From assembly GCA_964450385.1 (NCBI GenBank), contig CAYVEC010000002.1, forward strand, positions 1,262 through 65,261: DNA of 64,000 bases, written 5' to 3'. This stretch comes from an uncultured Planctomycetales bacterium (GTDB taxonomy: Bacteria; Omnitrophota; Gorgyraeia; Zapsychrales; JANLHA01). This document shows, piece after piece, positions 62,704 to 64,000 of the stretch; position 1 is the stretch's first letter, and the number at the start of each line of letters is the position of its first letter. The notes below the pieces were generated by a model. It worked only from the letters and a program-made list of their open reading frames with translations, made no database searches and was not told the DNA's origin. A program made the translations under genes and the position numbers.

Positions 62704-64000
62704 ATGCGTCGAATCCTTCTGATCACGAGCATTGTTCTAGCCATCCTCGTAGCGGCTATCGCTGGAGGGATCGTCTATGTCCGCAGGGTCCTGGTCCCGG
62801 TAACGCTCAAGACCGCGCTCATCGAACGCCTGACAACCGCCCTCGGCCGCCCCGTACGCCTCGACCGTATCGATTATGCCTGGACCACAGGACTCACGAT
62901 CGAACAACTCCATATCGCGCAGGCGCCAGAGGACGCATCCCCTCTCATCGTCATCCCGACGCTCACATGCCGGCCGCTTCTCATCCCGCTCATCATCACA
63001 AAAAAGATCATCATCCCCTCGCTGACCCTGAGCGGGCCCGAGGTCTCCCTGATCAAAAAGGAGGACGGACGCTGGGGGATTGAGACCATCATGCAGTCTA
63101 AAGGCGGCACGCCATCAGCGATCGCCATCGGAAAGATCTTGATCCATGATGGAACCCTCTCGGTCAAAGACCGCTCGGGCGCAATCCAAGACGTCTCCCT
63201 CAATGCGGTCACAGCGGAGATCTCCCTGTCGTCCCTAACGAGCGCGCGTTTCTCGCTGACCGGCACCTATAATAACAACCCCTCCTCAACGATTGCCCTC
63301 TCGGGATCATGTCACATCACAAAAAGAATTCTCAATCTCACAACAGCGCGGGTCGCCAATATCGACCTCGCCCCTTCGATCATCCCGTTCTTAAATCTCT
63401 CATCCATGGTCAAGGCCGCCTCAATCACAGCAGCAGATACGTCCTTCTCCATTGACAAACAAAAGATCACGATGACCGGCTCTCTCTCGGGGGCTCTCCA
63501 TCTCACAATCCCTGGTCTCACCCTCATTCATCAAGAGCTGTCCCTGACCGATATCGATGGCCACTATGAACCCCAGGCCTGGGACATCGCCGCCGCTGCT
63601 GTCACAAGCCGCGGCTGGACAATACACCATCCGTCCGTCAATATCGATGGCACAGCGATCAACCTCCACCAAATCTCCCTTGTCAAAAAAGGCTCGGGTT
63701 ATACCCTGAACCTCCCCACAGCCTCGGCCGAAGGGCTGACCGTTCACCTCAAGGATCAGACCCTCACCGCACATTTTGTCCGCAGCCAGAATGCCCGACT
63801 TAACATGAACAGCGGCGATCTGAAGCTCACAGGTGGATTCGAATGTAAAAATATCTCACTCCCTCTCAACAGGGGTTCTGTCTCGGGCAACATTGCCGTG
63901 CCGGCGCTCGATCTGACCCGCGACCAGGACGTGCTTACGGTCAAAACAAACGGCGAGGCAACCGGCATCAGCACCGATATTCCCGGAAAAATCACCCTTA
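62704..64000 (+). CDS. AsmA-family/DUF748-like envelope protein (5' part, continues past window end)
   Basis: The reading frame stays open from the ATG at 62704 to the window edge. It has an N-terminal TM anchor 'ILLITSIVLAILVAAIAGGIVYV'. Repetitive beta-rich sequence then follows. Confidence 0.5.
   Translation, partial: MRRILLITSIVLAILVAAIAGGIVYVRRVLVPVTLKTALIERLTTALGRPVRLDRIDYAWTTGLTIEQLHIAQAPEDASPLIVIPTLTCRPLLIPLIITKKIIIPSLTLSGPEVSLIKKEDGRWGIETIMQSKGGTPSAIAIGKILIHDGTLSVKDRSGAIQDVSLNAVTAEISLSSLTSARFSLTGTYNNNPSSTIALSGSCHITKRILNLTTARVANIDLAPSIIPFLNLSSMVKAASITAADTSFSIDKQKITMTGSLSGALHLTIPGLTLIHQELSLTDIDGHYEPQAWDIAAAAVTSRGWTIHHPSVNIDGTAINLHQISLVKKGSGYTLNLPTASAEGLTVHLKDQTLTAHFVRSQNARLNMNSGDLKLTGGFECKNISLPLNRGSVSGNIAVPALDLTRDQDVLTVKTNGEATGISTDIPGKITL

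Noticed and set aside
1-64000. CRISPR arrays, IS elements, integrases, phage genes, rRNA
   Set aside because: I see no direct-repeat/spacer periodicity, no transposase or integrase-like ORFs, no terminal inverted repeats and no rRNA-like conserved stretches. The window looks like core chromosome plus a mildly accessory right end.

Overview
This is a 64-kb segment of a high-GC diderm (Gram-negative-type) bacterial chromosome. The Gram-negative call rests on a secretin, Lgt/LspA, MreBCD and an AsmA-like protein. Coding density is very high and many genes overlap their neighbours by 4 to 20 nt. Strand bias is extreme: every credible gene from nt 66 to 56009 lies on the minus strand. The first plus-strand gene starts at about 56.2 kb. 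Contents run from low to high coordinate as follows. A housekeeping block: rpsA, plsC, a phosphoglucomutase/phosphomannomutase, nadD, proA, proB, obg, rplU and rng. A complete type IVa pilus locus: pilQ, pilP-like, pilO, pilN, pilM, three minor pilins, a MORN/YwqK-repeat protein, pilA, a 568-aa secreted coiled-coil protein, pilC, two tandem full-length PilB-type ATPases and a standalone MshEN-like domain protein. The cell-elongation operon: mreB, mreC, mreD, mrdA (PBP2) and rodA. A second housekeeping block: aroA, rluD, lgt, lspA, a DksA/TraR-type protein, ileS, mtnP, proC, yggS and an Smr protein. A TPR+RDD membrane protein. An AddA/AddB-like helicase-nuclease pair. A more accessory right end: rhomboid protease, an APH-family kinase, a CDF transporter, an M48 peptidase, a MazG-like protein, a GH57/DUF3536 protein, a secreted alpha/alpha-toroid-like protein, a HAMP protein, a SurA-N-like lipoprotein, a TPR membrane protein, a HIBADH-like dehydrogenase, a single-domain response regulator, a SET-SPOUT fusion methyltransferase and an AsmA-like protein. 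I could not recognise any rRNA, tRNA, CRISPR array, IS element or prophage. The most unusual items are listed next. First, the SET-domain fused to a SpoU/TrmH RNA methyltransferase. Second, the architecture of the pilus locus: duplicated PilB, no PilT, an orphan c-di-GMP-type MshEN domain, an embedded giant coiled-coil protein, and direct juxtaposition with the mre/mrd/rodA operon. Third, the absence of rpmA between rplU and obg.
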